A stretch of DNA of 64,000 nucleotides, from positions 153,512,001 to 153,576,000 of the forward strand of contig OX597816.1 in NCBI GenBank assembly GCA_951406725.2. Direction: 5' to 3'. Position numbers and translations under genes: made by a program. This document shows, piece by piece, positions 43,108 through 57,379 of the stretch (position 1 is its first letter; each line of letters opens with the position of its first letter). Source of the stretch: Octopus vulgaris. Its lineage: Eukaryota. The notes below the pieces were generated by a model, which was not told the origin of the DNA, ran no database searches, and saw nothing but the letters and a program-made list of their open reading frames with translations.

Positions 43108-43345
43108 TGAGAATAATATGGTAGACAGAATGTTGGATGATTATATATCTTTATTTACATTTTTAATGCTTTCTTTCGTTAGGTTGGTTTGTAGATATAC
43201 ACTAGATCTACAAACCAAATTGTACAATTGCCTTACCTTATATTATCAGAAAATTAATTAGCACTATCAGTGAAGTCATTTTTTAATCCTTTTTCAAGTA
43301 TATCCAACTGTACCAAGGTTTTAACATTTTCCAATATACAAATGT

Positions 43346-43423
<78 letters not shown>

Positions 43424-43578
43424 GTGTATATGTATATATATATATATATATGTATGTATATGTACATATATATATATATATATATAACATACATACATGC
43501 AAACATACATACATACAAACATACATGCATACATACATATGTGTATATATGTATATATATATATATATATACATATAC

Positions 43579-43625
<47 letters not shown>

Positions 43626-43832
43626 TGAAATGGATAAATGAATTATCTTGTTACGGATTATTCAAAATTTAACCGATACCTGTGTAGCAAAAATCACACC
43701 AGAAAAGACACGGTTGAGGTTACGACCATGGGGTTTCGCCCCCGTGCTTCAACGCGGATAATTGAAGTTTTATATATTTAGTGAAGGGAAGAAATGGAGC
43801 CGAACGAAGATTCTACAAAATTCCTTTTTATT

Positions 43833-43917
43833 ATTTTCTACACATGTTTCAAAGGCTGCAAATTCCCAAATTCGGATTGAATAAGGAGACCATTCTGCAG
43901 CTTTCTCTTCAGAAAAT
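43833..43917 (-). ncRNA. Putative type I hammerhead ribozyme (left arm)
   Basis: Minus strand: atttt CTGAAGA [stem II] GAAA catgtg TA gaaaat. Stem I is weakened by a 1-nt deletion. Confidence 0.55.
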
Positions 43918-44049
43918 CCAGGAATTTAAAATCTCAAAACAAATGCGCAGCAAGCTTTTCGAACAAAACGCTCCCTTACCATGGGCTCCTAGGGAGCGTT
44001 TTGTTCGAAAAGCTTGCTGCGCATTTGTTTTGAGATTTTAAATTCCTGG

Positions 44050-44135
44050 ATTTTCCTGAAGAGAAAGCTGCAGAATGGTCTCCTTATTCAATCCGAATTT
44101 GGGAATTTGCAGCCTTTGAAACATGTGTAGAAAAT
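44050..44135 (+). ncRNA. Putative type I hammerhead ribozyme (right arm)
   Basis: attttc CTGAAGA gaaagctgcag...ttgcagccttt GAAA catgtg TA gaaaat. Complete core, 6-bp stem I, ~10-bp stem II and a minimal stem III. Predicted cleavage after 44129. Confidence 0.7.
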
Positions 44136-44183
44136 AATAAAAAGGAATTTTGTAGAATCTTCGTTCGGCTCCATTTCTTCCCT

Positions 44184-44247
<64 letters not shown>

Positions 44248-46298
44248 TACATATATATACATACATACACACACATACATACATACATACATACATACAT
44301 ACATACATACATACATACATACATACATACATACTGAAATGGGATTTAACATCTTCCAAAATAAGCAACAGTCGAATACTTGGGTCGATATAATAAAAAT
44401 GTTGTATCCCTACCTTCCAAGAAATAATTGAGGCTAATACCAGTTGCTGGATACCTCTGATCATCGAACGGTCATGCATTTGATTATGTACACTAAACCA
44501 TGACAAATTACTACGACTAGAACTACTACCATTGATAGCGACAGCAGCAGCAGCAGCAGTAGCAGTAGTAGTGGTAGTAGTAGTAGTTGTTATTTTTGTT
44601 GTCGTTATTATAAAATTTATACACACTTAGGAGAAATTACATAAAACTAGCGACTATGAATAATCTATGCCAGATAATAGTACGTGTGCGTATGCACGCG
44701 CGCGTGTATGTGCGTGTGTGTGCGTGTGCGTGCGCGTGCGTACGTGCGTGCGTGTGTATGTGTGTGTGTCATTATTCAATTTCATGATTTCTTGCCGACA
44801 GAGAAAGAGCTAGTTTTTAACCTAGATCCAAGACTCCGTCATTAGAATTTCAACATCAATAGGGTATTTTTGCAAGTATGTGTGTAAATGTGCAGTATTG
44901 GGAGTCAGTGCATGTGCAGATTTGTATGTTTTGTTTTATGTATGTATTCTCATGTATAGTTGCAAGTCTAGACATGCATATGCATACTTATATAATAAAA
45001 TTCTAGAAAGTTTTACAAATATTTACAGTTCCAGTAGTCTTCGAATCAGTTTTCTCTTTTCTGGTTTTGAGAAATCTTATTTCTGAAGATTTACTTAGGC
45101 AGTGTGTTACACATTCCAGTGTCCCATTAATTATAGGTATAAACCTGAGTAGAGTAACTGTAGATTTCTCAATAGTTCAGTATAGGTATTTTCTTTTTTG
45201 CTGATCTTTAGCTTATGTTAACATCCGCTGGGCAGCTGATCTCCAGTACTGTACACTGTTTCTCTTCCATGCCCCAGATCACTATATCAGGTTTATTATG
45301 TTAACATTTTATTGAGGTTTTCACTGAGACATCCCACCTGTACTCCTTCTTATGAGTGCCTATGATCTCTACCATAATGTGAATTCTTATTTCTTTGGCC
45401 TCAGGGTTATTCTTACGACGGATCTCATTATACAGTGTCTTGGCTACATCAAGTCTTATCGGTACATAATACCACAATATTTCCGGACAACTGCTTATGT
45501 TAACTCCACAAAGTCTGCATCGGTTATCACGTTTTGATGCTTATCTTGCGTATTTGTCCCTTTTGTGCATCAAGTATATGGTTAATATTTCCTGGTCCTG
45601 GATTACAAACGCATACCCTTCAAAGTGAGAGTTAGTAATCTGGTTGTTGGTCCATGATAGACTACTTTTATGATCAATGTTACTGTAATTCTGAAGCTTT
45701 CTGCTAACATATTCATGCATAGTCTTCTGATATGTTGCGGTAGAGTCATGCGACTTCTATGGGCATGTGTACAAGGTGATAAAACAATGAATATTGTTCA
45801 TGGAGCTGCTTTCCAAATCTCATTATGTTATCTGCCCCATGTATGCAAACTTAGCTAAAAGATGCACTTCAACATTTGGTGCTTAAAAGATTTTACCGAC
45901 GGGATATGATATAACATTCAAAGACAGTCTGCCCCTTGTTTTATTTTAGGTAGAGACGGTCTACGTCGCTGTTGATGTGAAAATTATTTGTACTGTTCTT
46001 CTATGTATGCATGTATGGATGGATGGATGGATGGATGTGGTTGCAAACTGTTTTCTCTCTGTAAATTCTCCTGTAATAAGTGATATAGAAGACAGATTTT
46101 TCAATAATTGTTGGCTCTTTCAAACAAAAGGAAAGATAATTTCATGAATTCAAAGTTAAATCTCCCAAAGATAATTTACATACTCAATGGATATGAAGTC
46201 TGATTTTATTTACAGGAAGTTGTGGACATGTTTCGAATATTTGAACTCATTAGCATAGTATAAGGTATTGAAGCCTGCCTAATTAGTTGACAAGGTTT

Positions 46299-46364
<66 letters not shown>

Positions 46365-46460
46365 GTGTGTGTATGTATATATGTATGTATGTATGTATGT
46401 ATGCATGCATGTAATGTGAACAGCACATCGACGTAATCTTTATTTTGTTGTTATTAACAG

Positions 46461-46526
46461 AACTTCATTTTAAAATACAAATTCGCCAATGCCCACGTGG
46501 ATGAACTCTGGCAGACTTTCACAGAG
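46461..46526 (+). CDS. M1 aminopeptidase exon (last one found in window)
   Basis: taacag|AACTTC...ACAGAG|gtgagt. Encodes NFILKYKFANAHVDELWQTFTE. Confidence 0.9.
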
Positions 46527-46566
46527 GTGAGTAAAAATATACTTTTGATTAATGTTTCTGTGTTAT

Positions 46567-46627
<61 letters not shown>

Positions 46628-46629
46628 AA

Positions 46630-48480
46630 AGCACTGGTATTAGTGATTTAGTGATGGTGCTGGTCATGTTAGTGTTGGTGTAGTCATTGATGAACGGGAT
46701 ATTGGTCATGGTTATGTTTCTATAAATGATTGTACTGATAGTAACAACGGCATTAATAATAGTGAACTGCTTTGGTGACGATGGTGGTGGGGCGGCTGCG
46801 GCGGCGGTGGTGGCACTGGTGGTGGTAACATTATTGTTATTGGTGACGGTGTTGTTAGTGTAGGTGGTGGCGATGGTATTGGTGGCAGTATTGTCATAGT
46901 TGATTGTGGTATTGGTATTTATGGAGGTGAAGCTATTGATGGTAATGCGTCTATTGATAATGGTGTTCGTATTGGTAGTGATGATTTTATTAGTGGTGGA
47001 TAAGTTAGTTCTTGTGGTGGTGATGTTGGTATTGATGATTGTAATTTGATATTGGTATTGATGGCCGAGGTGATGATATTGGTGATGGTAGTTAATGTAA
47101 TACCAACAACACCATAGGTAATACCAACACCAGAACTATCAACGGCATTATTATCACCAATACCATTACCACTAAAACCAATACTTTTACTATCAAAACT
47201 GCCATCACTACTACAAATGTCATCACCAACATCACCAATAACAATATTACCGGCACCAATACAAACGTTATCACCAATATCATCAACCATAATGAATATC
47301 AACGTAACCATCACCAATACCATCTCTACTAACACATTCAATATCGTTAATAACAATACCCCATCAGCAATATCATTAACACCATTGCCAGTACTAACAT
47401 CATCATCAACAATGCCGATATCAACATCACCATCACCTATAACAATACCACCAACGACACCAATTCACCAATGCCACCATTACCAGCACTATTATCACCA
47501 GTACCAGTACCTTCATTACCGGTACCATACATTAACTACTGTTACCACTAGTATGCAAGTATGGTTGTCGTATTGGCATTAGACAACCATACTGGTGGTG
47601 GTGGTGGTGGTGGTGGTTATAGTGAAGTTATTTGTAAAAGGAGTAATGGGGATAATTGTAGTAATGTTGGTGATGGTGGTAAAGTTCTTAATAGTATGAA
47701 TGGCAGTGATAGTGATTTTATTTGCAACATCGGTGTTTGTGTAGGTAATATGATGTTGATATTAGTGATGTTTGTAATAGTATTGATGATCGGGCTGCTG
47801 TTGTCGTTTTGGCAGTGATGGTATTGGTATTGATGATGATATTAGTGGTGGTAAAGATGGCATTTGAGGCATTAATGGTGGCGATAGTGGTGATGGTAGA
47901 AATGGAACTTCTGACAGTAGTACTGGCATTTGTGATTGTGGTATTAATGTTGGTATTGGTTATAATGGTCATGATACTGGTGATGATGCTGTAGTACTGA
48001 TTACGGATGTGTTTTTCGTGATAATTTATATGATTGTATTACTTATGTTGGTGTAGGTGTTAGTGTTGATAGTATTGACGATGGTAGTAATAGTATTGGT
48101 GATAGTGATGATATTGGTAAGGGTGGGTAATCATAATACCACTGAGTATAGTGCTAATATTAGTGATAGCGGTGAGGATATTTGTGACGGACGTTATTAA
48201 TAATGATGACATTGGTGACAGTGATGCTGATGTTGATGATGGTGCTGATAGTACCGATAAGAGTGACATTATTGGTTGTAGTGATTGTATTAGTGATGGT
48301 CATCATAGCACTGGTGATGGTGGTGCCGCCCAATGCGCTGAGAAGCGTAGCAGGAACTAAAGCTTAAAAAGAAGTGCTATTACTGGTACTGGTGATGGTA
48401 GTAAGAATATTGTTGATGAAAGTAATGGTTTTGGTGATTGTGTTGGTTGCTGTTGTTGTTATTGATGCTGGTGTTGCGAT
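46630..48480. repeat. Cryptic trinucleotide low-complexity region with two strand switches
   Basis: TGG/TGA-rich 46630-47095, CCA/TCA-rich 47095-47550, then TGG/TGA-rich again to 48480. Confidence 0.8.
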
Positions 48481-49299
48481 TTTGATTTTATTGATCTAAC
48501 AGTTGCACTAATGTTATCCTAATTTTGAAATGATCAGAAAGCTCAACCTGGATATATAAATTATTAAATTGTGTTGTTAATCAAAAGGTCGGATATTTGA
48601 ATCCTATGATTTATGCCGCTTACTGTGTGTATTACTAATACGCTTAACTCCTGCAAGCTTCGTAGCTACTGTGGTGCAGTTAACGATGTAAATTTCAGGA
48701 ATGCTATATAATTAAAGAATGTTTCATCAAATTGTTGAATTGATTTCAATTATACACGTAAATTTTGGATAATGAGTAGGGATCGCTTAATAGAAGACAG
48801 CGTATCAGGTACAAAGATCTGTCGGTTTTCACACTATCACTGCTAATGTGTAATATCTGCGAACAAGGCACATAACTCATAAGTTCTAATTAGAATTGTT
48901 GACTAATATTGTAAAGCGCAGGAAGTGGCAGTTGTATAGTAATATTTACGAGCGTCTATTGGGCACATATTACTGAGGGTAAGGCCATCTTAATATGTGC
49001 CATTAGTAATATGTGCCCTTCTTTAGGAGAAACGGAGACGTCAATCAAGCAAAGCAACCTTCATAAAATATGCATTTTAGCAGGAACTAATGACATATGG
49101 TTGTATATGTATAGTGATGTTTTTGGAAGATAGAAAACCGTATAAGGTGGAATGAAAATATTTATGGATGACTGGATGGCTGGATGGATGGATGATGAAT
49201 AAATATATGTATAAGTATGTGTGCGTGAGTAAATACCTTCCAATCCCTGATAGGCTTTAAAAAGTTGGTGCAAGGTACTCAGCCTCACATGCAACGCTA

Positions 49300-50800
49300 T
49301 TTAATACTAATAACCCTAGTGCTACAGGTATAATGCAACACAAGAACTACTTGTCTTATAATCGAGTGGTCAGTAACTGAACTTCCGCCACCACCTAGTT
49401 TACTAGGTGAGAAGTTTATGATCTAAAATATGTCAAAAGAGGAAAAGGACTATCGCGAAGAAAGCAACAGTCAATCATATTTGGAGAGATAGCCACAATC
49501 AGGTTACTTGTATACTGAAACACACATTGCTGTATTCCAACAAGTCATCTTAGGTTATGGTTTTTAGTTGGATTGAGTGAATGTTTCGGGTGCTATAATG
49601 CGCCAAGTCGGGGCTTCTCTCTATTTAAGAATGAAAATCTATATGAAAAGTGATTTGTTAGATCAACGTCCCTCTCTTTTTCACTTAAAAATAGGCATTT
49701 TCCAGCAACAACAGTTGGTCTCAACTTCAGCAATATGAGTTTATTCAGCATATACATTCACTTGCATAAGTCGACATAGTGTTTAGTGCCAACTCGTGCA
49801 CCTTGGGTTCTTATTATTCTGAACTTCTTTCTGAAAAAGCTCCAACTTCTGCTCCAATTTCAGTCTAAAAAATCATAATCTGCATTTTATGTATAATTCC
49901 TTCTCTTCACAATTCAGTTATCTTTTAATTGGATAACACCAGCAAAGACTTCAAGTTGTTCTGGCTTAAATGTGACTTCCACAATTCTCTGTGTTCGCAT
50001 GCTGTCTCTATCACTCCCCAAATTTCTTCAATTGCCAGTTGTTTGACTATCCCACGAGCCACACTTAACACAATTATTTTAAATCTTCTATACTGAAGTC
50101 ATCGTTTTCGGTTATTCTATGCACACAACCTTCTTGGCTTTTGTACTCCTACAACGAAACCGTTGACACATAGAACGGTCGTTTCGTTTGCTATTGTAAA
50201 TTATCTGCATCATTCAGTATCCTCATATTTTTGATCGACAACTAACTTTCCAAAGGCTTTTTACCTATTGCTCACTTTCAGCTCCAATTGTCATAGTTTC
50301 TGTTCTCGACAGATCGTCTGACCCCCTGCCTAATAAAGACACGTCACACATCTAACTTCTAAACAACCTTTGGAAAAAATGTTAATACTTCAGACCCTGC
50401 TTGTTCTACGCTCACTGTGCATAACTTCAAGTAACCAATTTGAAACTGATGTGTTTGCACACTGCGTTTCTCACACAAAACCCACAACCTTAGAACCCTA
50501 AGTTATTGTTCCAAGTAATTCACTTACTGCAAAGTAAATCGGGAAAGCAAAAGATCTCTTCGTGTATCACATATCTCGAAAAGTCTCTCACTTCCCAAAT
50601 TCCAACACAGCTTTCTGATCTATTTCCAAAATATCTATGAAATTTTCAGAATCCTCCAATCTGCAGTTCAAACTGAGCATCAACTGCGTTGGTGCCTACA
50701 ATATAGGGAACCATACAAATGCAATGAGAACTGCCCCTCCTCTTTGGCTACTTTATTTTATTTTTAAATTTGCTGCTAAAAACATTCCTAAAGTTCTAGA
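49300..50800 (-). mobile_element. Highly degraded LINE RT remnant (clade uncertain)
   Basis: Only weak minus-strand echoes of the KAF, VPQG and YAD motifs, in the correct order. Confidence 0.35.
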
Positions 50801-51357
50801 CAGGTAAGTGGATTGAGATGATCTAGCAAAGATATTGGAGTTTTCAGAAATTTATCGAAACACATGCTGTATCTAACTTCTCGCCCTCTACACTGGAAGT
50901 CCAACTCTTTTACTTCAACACTACTTCTAGCCAATATCAGAAATATTAACTTTTTAACAAACTATAGATTTGTCATACATTCTATTATTCTCGTTCCTTT
51001 TAACAGGCAAATTAAAAAGCATTAAAATATATTTAATTGGAAATAAAAGATATGTTGGAGACAAGAGTTATTGGTATATTTCATATATGCATGAGGTAGG
51101 GAAGACTGCATTATGCGTATGATTTTGTATAACATTGTTATACACTTGAAAGGGTTGGTGAAATTACTTATTCGATTTGCTACGAAATTACCTCTGTTAT
51201 ATCTTGCCTATGTTACGATAAAAATATATCAGTAGTTCCAAACAGAAATTGCAACACAGATTAAAAGGTGCAAAAAAGCAAACTATGTGATATCCTAAAT
51301 GAAATGAATTATCACTAGTTTATCCGAGACGTAGACGCCGTCATATTTTATTATTTG

Positions 51358-51565
51358 GGGCGAGTTGGCAGAATCATTAGAACGCCGGGCAAATGCTTAG
51401 CGGCATTTCGTCCGCCCTAACGTTCTGAGTTCAAATTCTGCCGAGGCCATCTTTGCCTTTCATCCTTTCAGAGTTGACAAACTAAGTACCAGTTATGCAA
51501 TGGGGTCGATATTATCGACTAGCGCCATTCCCCTAAAATTTCAGGCTTTGTGTCTATAGTAGAAA
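51358..51565 (+). mobile_element. SINE, family A
   Basis: ggcgagttggcagaatc...gagttcaaattc...ctttgcctttcatcctttc...taagtaccag. Confidence 0.75.
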
Positions 51566-52484
51566 TGAAAATTTGGCCATATATCTATGTTTTTAAAATG
51601 AACAAGGTTTGCATTTAGGAAAAACAAATTTTGAAGAATCTGTAAGCAAACACTATACCCAAATTATCTTTAAGCTATGAACAATAAAGAAGGACTTGGT
51701 TGTGGGCCCCTAAAAATATCCTCTATATGGCATGTTTCCTTGTCCTGGTAAAAGTCGTATACACTTACACATTTACCATCATAGGCAGCATATGTAACAT
51801 TTATTATTAACAGTAAAAATAACATCGGCAAATCAGGTTCTAAAAATATAGACTATAAACTGTCTCTGAAAATAATTGCGGTTACTATATGTCTCTGGTA
51901 TGTCTGATAGCATATACAATAAAATTGAGGTAAACCACGCCTTTATATAATTGATGAGAGACAAAATCCAAGACTATTCGTTAGCAGTCATCGTCAAACT
52001 GTTGCTTTTTATATTTGAGGTAAAGATGTTTTCATTTGTTTAAGCATTGCTTATGTTATTGTTGCTGTTATTATTGTTGATGTTGCTGCTACTGTTGCTG
52101 TTGCTGTTGTTCTTGTTCATGTTGTTGCTGTTGTTGTTCTTGTTGGGCTAACACGTAGATGAAAATATAATTCTAGTATCTCTCAGTATGTTTATGTGTA
52201 TATATTTATACGTATGTTTGAGCACGTTTGTGAATTTGTGAATGTAAAAGTGTCTATATGTGATCGTGAATGTGTACGTCAAAAAGGAAGCATTCAGTGC
52301 AGAATGAAGACTGTTTAAAAATAACGCTACAACATCTACAGATGCAGTCTGACGATTCATAAACTAGCATGATAAAGGAAGGGTATGAAAGGAAAGAGTG
52401 GGATTTCAAGGAAAAGTGGTAAGAGGATGTTTGTCGTCCGTGTGATTGTGTCTGCATACACACTGAAAGTCAGATATATATAGA

Positions 52485-52551
<67 letters not shown>

Positions 52552-52866
52552 TTATGCGCATATATACATACACATATTATATATATGCATGTATGTATGT
52601 ATGTATGTATGTATGTATGTATGTATGTATATGTAAGTATATACATACACACAAATACATATATACATACGTACGTATATACATACATATACATATTACA
52701 TATAGATTATATGCATGCATTTACACATATATAGATATATATACATATGTATGCATGTATGTATCTATGCAAATACCTGAGCGTGTATCTATGTGCGTAT
52801 GCGTGTACGCGTATATGCGTGTGTTTATGTGTATCTGTGTGTGTAAGTGTGTGTATATGTATATGG

Positions 52867-52901
<35 letters not shown>

Positions 52902-52902
<1 letters not shown>

Positions 52903-53037
52903 TTTATTTTAAGCAGCAGAAAATTCAACAAAATCTGTTACTTGAATTTTCTGCTGCTTAAAATAAAGCATATTACTCTACCACTGGTATTTGAGTACTC
53001 TTTTTTCCACCTTGTTTCACATTTATGTGTTTACTCC

Positions 53038-53040
<3 letters not shown>
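52902..53040. repeat. (TA)n-flanked insert with a perfect 27-bp terminal foldback
   Basis: ctttattttaagcagcagaaaattcaa (52902-52928) and its reverse complement (52942-52968). Confidence 0.85.
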
Positions 53041-53109
<69 letters not shown>

Positions 53110-53505
53110 CATGCATGTATGTATATAGATAGATAGATTGATACATACATATACTTAAATGCGTACACATGCTTACAATCACACACTCACACGTATATGT
53201 ACGCAAACACACGCGCACATATACATACGCGCGCTGTCACACACTTGTACACAGACATACGTATATGTAAAGAGGAATGATGGTGAGGTTCGGATGTTTG
53301 CTTTGTAATTACATGGTTTCAGGTCCAATCACCTAGCACAACACCATGAGTAAGTATCTTTTATTATTGCTCCGTGCCGACCACTTGTGAAAGATTTTGT
53401 TAAATACAAAACTACGTGGAAGGTCGTCGTATATATTATATGCTGCATATAAATGTGTGTCCGTATTCATGTATATATGTATATACAAACATACATATAT
53501 ACTAC

Positions 53506-53625
<120 letters not shown>

Positions 53626-53764
53626 ATACATATATATATATATAATTCATATAAAAATACAGTGTACATTTAAACACATAAGAAATGGCCATAACAGGAC
53701 ATATGACTCGCTAGAAAGAGTAGTTAAACTCTAAACTGCTATTCGGGGTAATTTCGAAAGGGAA

Positions 53765-53799
<35 letters not shown>

Positions 53800-54169
53800 A
53801 CACACGGCAACGCACATGCACGTATGTTTATACATGTGTGGTATAAGAGAGAGAAAGAAAACGTAAATATATTCAAACTGGCTATACTTTCTCACAGCTT
53901 GATCCTCTACGGTCTTCAATGGTATGAAACTTGAGAAATTCAATTTAAATACATGATTCAATTAAAAACAAATACTCTTCTTTTCCTTTGACAAACGAAA
54001 GCATTTCCCGAGTGCGCGCGTGCGTGTGCATGTGGATGCGTGTGCGTGCATGCAAGTGCGCGCGTGCGTGTGCGTGTGCATGCGTGTGCGTGCATGCGTG
54101 TGCGTGCATGCGTGTGTGTGCATGCGTATGTGTGTGTGTGTATATGTGTGTGTGCATGTGTGCACACCG

Positions 54170-56030
54170 CTGCCCCCAAGGCAAACATCTCACTAAGTCT
54201 ACTGTTAGATATCAGAGGCCGCTTACAAATCAACTGTAAATGAAAAAAGTCTTCTCCAAGGAAAAGCCTTCTACGAGGCTGACTGGAAGACAATTGAAAA
54301 TAGGAGACCCTCCAGCAAAATTGAACCAAAAGTTTCTCTATGCAAGGAATTGATATGAAGCTCCATGTATTCATTTCAATAATGCGATCCATATGCATTA
54401 AATTCAACCCAGAAAGGCGAGTCATTATACACAAAAATATTATTCCCCTAGACAAGAGAGTCCATACCCGACAGAGATTAATGATCTTAGATCGCTTAAA
54501 CAAACAGTTCAATAACAACGAAAAATCTCTCCACTCCAAAAAGAAAAACCAGGGCGATTGAAAGTATAAAAAGTAATTACAAGGCCTTCTACAAATTTGC
54601 AAATGAATCTCCCTTGGTACATTTCGAGATACGGACACTGTAGAAAACGACTCACTAACTACAGACCCTGTGAGGGTAAATGAAATACTAAATAAACAAT
54701 TCCAAAGTGTTCTCACCTCCACCACTGGGAGATATGCAAATAAGCTTGTCCAGTGAGGTCTTCAACACCACAGATCTACACGAGAAAGCTGCAACTATCA
54801 ATTATCGGCATAAAAGAAGATGTAATATCGGCCATTTATGAGATGAACTCGAACTGGATAACGGGTCCAGATTAATTTCCAGCTGATCTTTTAAATGCAT
54901 GCAAAGAAACTCTCGCAAAACAACTGCACATACTTCTTCAGATTTCCTTAAATGTGGCAAACTTCCTAAAATGTTCAAAATATAATATGTCCTGTCCATA
55001 AAGGAGGAAGCAGAGCAGACGCTAAAAATCATAGGCCCATCTCTCTGTCCTTACATGTTAGTTGAGTCATGGAACGATTGTCAGAAGGAGGTTCATCACT
55101 TTCCTAAAAAACAGCTTTCTCACAAACATGCAACATGGATTCCCTCCAAGAAAAGCTACCTCACACAGCTACTATAGCATTTCAGCAGGATTTTGAAACA
55201 ACAGCTCAGCCACCAAATTTGAATGTGATATATCTTGATTTTGACAAGGCCTTCCACAAAGTTGACAATGGAATGATATGCCAAAAATTGCGTAACTTTA
55301 ATATTACTGAAAAACTAGGAAAATGGCTGCATGATACTTTAAAAGGGAGAAGTCAAGCAAATGCACCCAATATGTCTCTCCCTAAAGCGACAAGAATTCT
55401 CAGCGAAGTCTCTCAGGGAACTCTACTAGGACCACTACTCTATATTTGTGGTTCTCTTAGACGTACCATCAGTCATATAGTCAACCACTCACCAGCTATG
55501 CCGATGATACAAAAGTATTGCAGAAAGTGAAGGACCTTGAGAACACTTTAAAACTACAGAAAGACCTGAATGGGCTGAGAAAAATAACATTGGAGTTCAA
55601 TTCTGAGAAGTTACAGTACACTACTATCGGTCCACAAACAGATTGCAATCGGAATACAAAAAAAAAACAAGAAAATAGTGTAACTCCAGTCAATATATGA
55701 CCTGAGAATCCACATGAATAATGATGCAGTATTCCATGTGCATATTACTAAGATTGCAACACTGTGCATGCGAGTGGCTGACTGGCTTCTGAGATCATTC
55801 AGGATAAGGGAAAAGGATATCATGCTACTCCTATGGAGAAAATTTGTCCTCAGTCGCCTAGAGCATTGCTCAAAACTGTGGTCACCAAAATGCGTCAAAC
55901 TGACAGTGGAGCTCGAGGCAATCTAACGTCGCTTTACAAAGAAGATTGATTCGGTGCAACAGATGAGCTCCTGGGAAAAGCCAAAAGAAAAGAGACCCGA
56001 TTTCCTAGAGAGACGATACGAAAGATATAC
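54170..56030 (+). mobile_element. CR1-like LINE RT region, degenerate
   Basis: AKNHRPISL, YLDFDKAFHKVD, VSQGTLLGPLL, YADDTK and LEHCSKLWSP. Confidence 0.85.
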
Positions 56031-56098
56031 AATGCTCTCTCTCGCTCTCTCTCTCTCTATATATATACATACATACATACATACATACATACATACAT

Positions 56099-56129
<31 letters not shown>

Positions 56130-57343
56130 TACGCATACACACATATCAATATGTGCAGAAAACTAGGTATATGGATAGCTATACGTATTTATACATATGT
56201 ATACATACGAAAATGTTTATGTGTGTGTGTGTGTGTATGTGTGTGTATGCGTGTGTGTGTGGAGAGAGAGAGAGAGAGAAAGGACATATAGAAAGAAGGA
56301 AGTTTATGCAATTGGTATGCAACTTGAAATCAGCGTCAATGATGTAATAGATAATATGAAGAATTGTAAGGTGAGAGGGAAATGGAGGCAGATGTAAGTC
56401 AGGCGGACGCGAATGGAGAGTAGGTGAAGTTGACTTCAACGGTGCGTTTGAGGCAGACTTGAGCTTGGGGGCGTATATATCTGGAATGAAGTGTTGGATG
56501 ATATAGTGAGAGTGTGTCACAAATTCATTATCTCGACTACAGAGACATCGGTGGCAGAGGATTTAAGAGCAAACGATTGAGTGTTTTGTATTGGTAGGGT
56601 TATAGAAGGTGATATTGAGGTAGGAGAAGAAGTCAATCTCTTATTATAAAAGGCAGATTTTATCTGCCTCCCTTTGGGAGTTATAGAAATCTACAATATA
56701 GGATTTCTTCAATTACAATTTACCTAGCATTTTTAAGAGTACAATGCATCGCGTCATGCCAGGTCCAGTTTTTAAAATTTAAACTCCAATTAAGCAAAAT
56801 TTACAGAAAACTCACATTCTGGTGTGTGTGTCAAATGCTTTTCTTAGTCTGGTTTACACCACACGCAAACGCACACACACAGTGGGCAACGAATAAAATG
56901 AAAGTAAATAGTGACAGAGTGATTTGAGGAAGACTAAAGTGAAAGTATTCTGTCTATGACGCTGATAGATACATGAGTAAAATGTATGGGAAGCTAAGAG
57001 CTAAGAGTGAGTGAAAATGTTCTTGGAAGAGAGTAATTAGTAATAAAGTAAACATACACTCATACATACATACATACATACATACATACATACATACATA
57101 CATACATACATACACACACACACATACACACACACATACATACACACACACATACATACATACACACATACATACATACATATACATACATACATATACA
57201 TACATACATACACACACACACATACACACACACACAGTATTGAAGCTTGAGAACAATCAGATACATTTGCAACACATCTGTTGAAAATATTATTGTTCAC
57301 ACACATACATATACATATATACATACAGACAGACAGACAGATA

Positions 57344-57379
<36 letters not shown>

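Larger units (their letters stand above)
43779..44189. mobile_element. Palindromic Penelope-like pLTR dimer (foldback element)
   Basis: Arms 43779-43976 and 43991-44189 are reverse complements apart from one indel that I could find; the loop is 14 nt. Homologous to the PLE terminus at 61853-62075. Confidence 0.9.

Noticed and set aside
43700-43760. Minus-strand ttgaagcacgggggcGAAAccccatggTC hammerhead-like motif
   Set aside because: The core is incomplete and stems I and II are not convincing.
43781-44352. Two ORFs with the same [12 protein letters not shown] peptide on opposite strands
   Set aside because: This is a by-product of the palindrome, not a duplicated gene.
44770-45990. Possible degraded LINE; similar weak candidates at 24600-25180, 28900-29700 and 56370-56990
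   Set aside because: The motifs are too decayed to support a call by eye.
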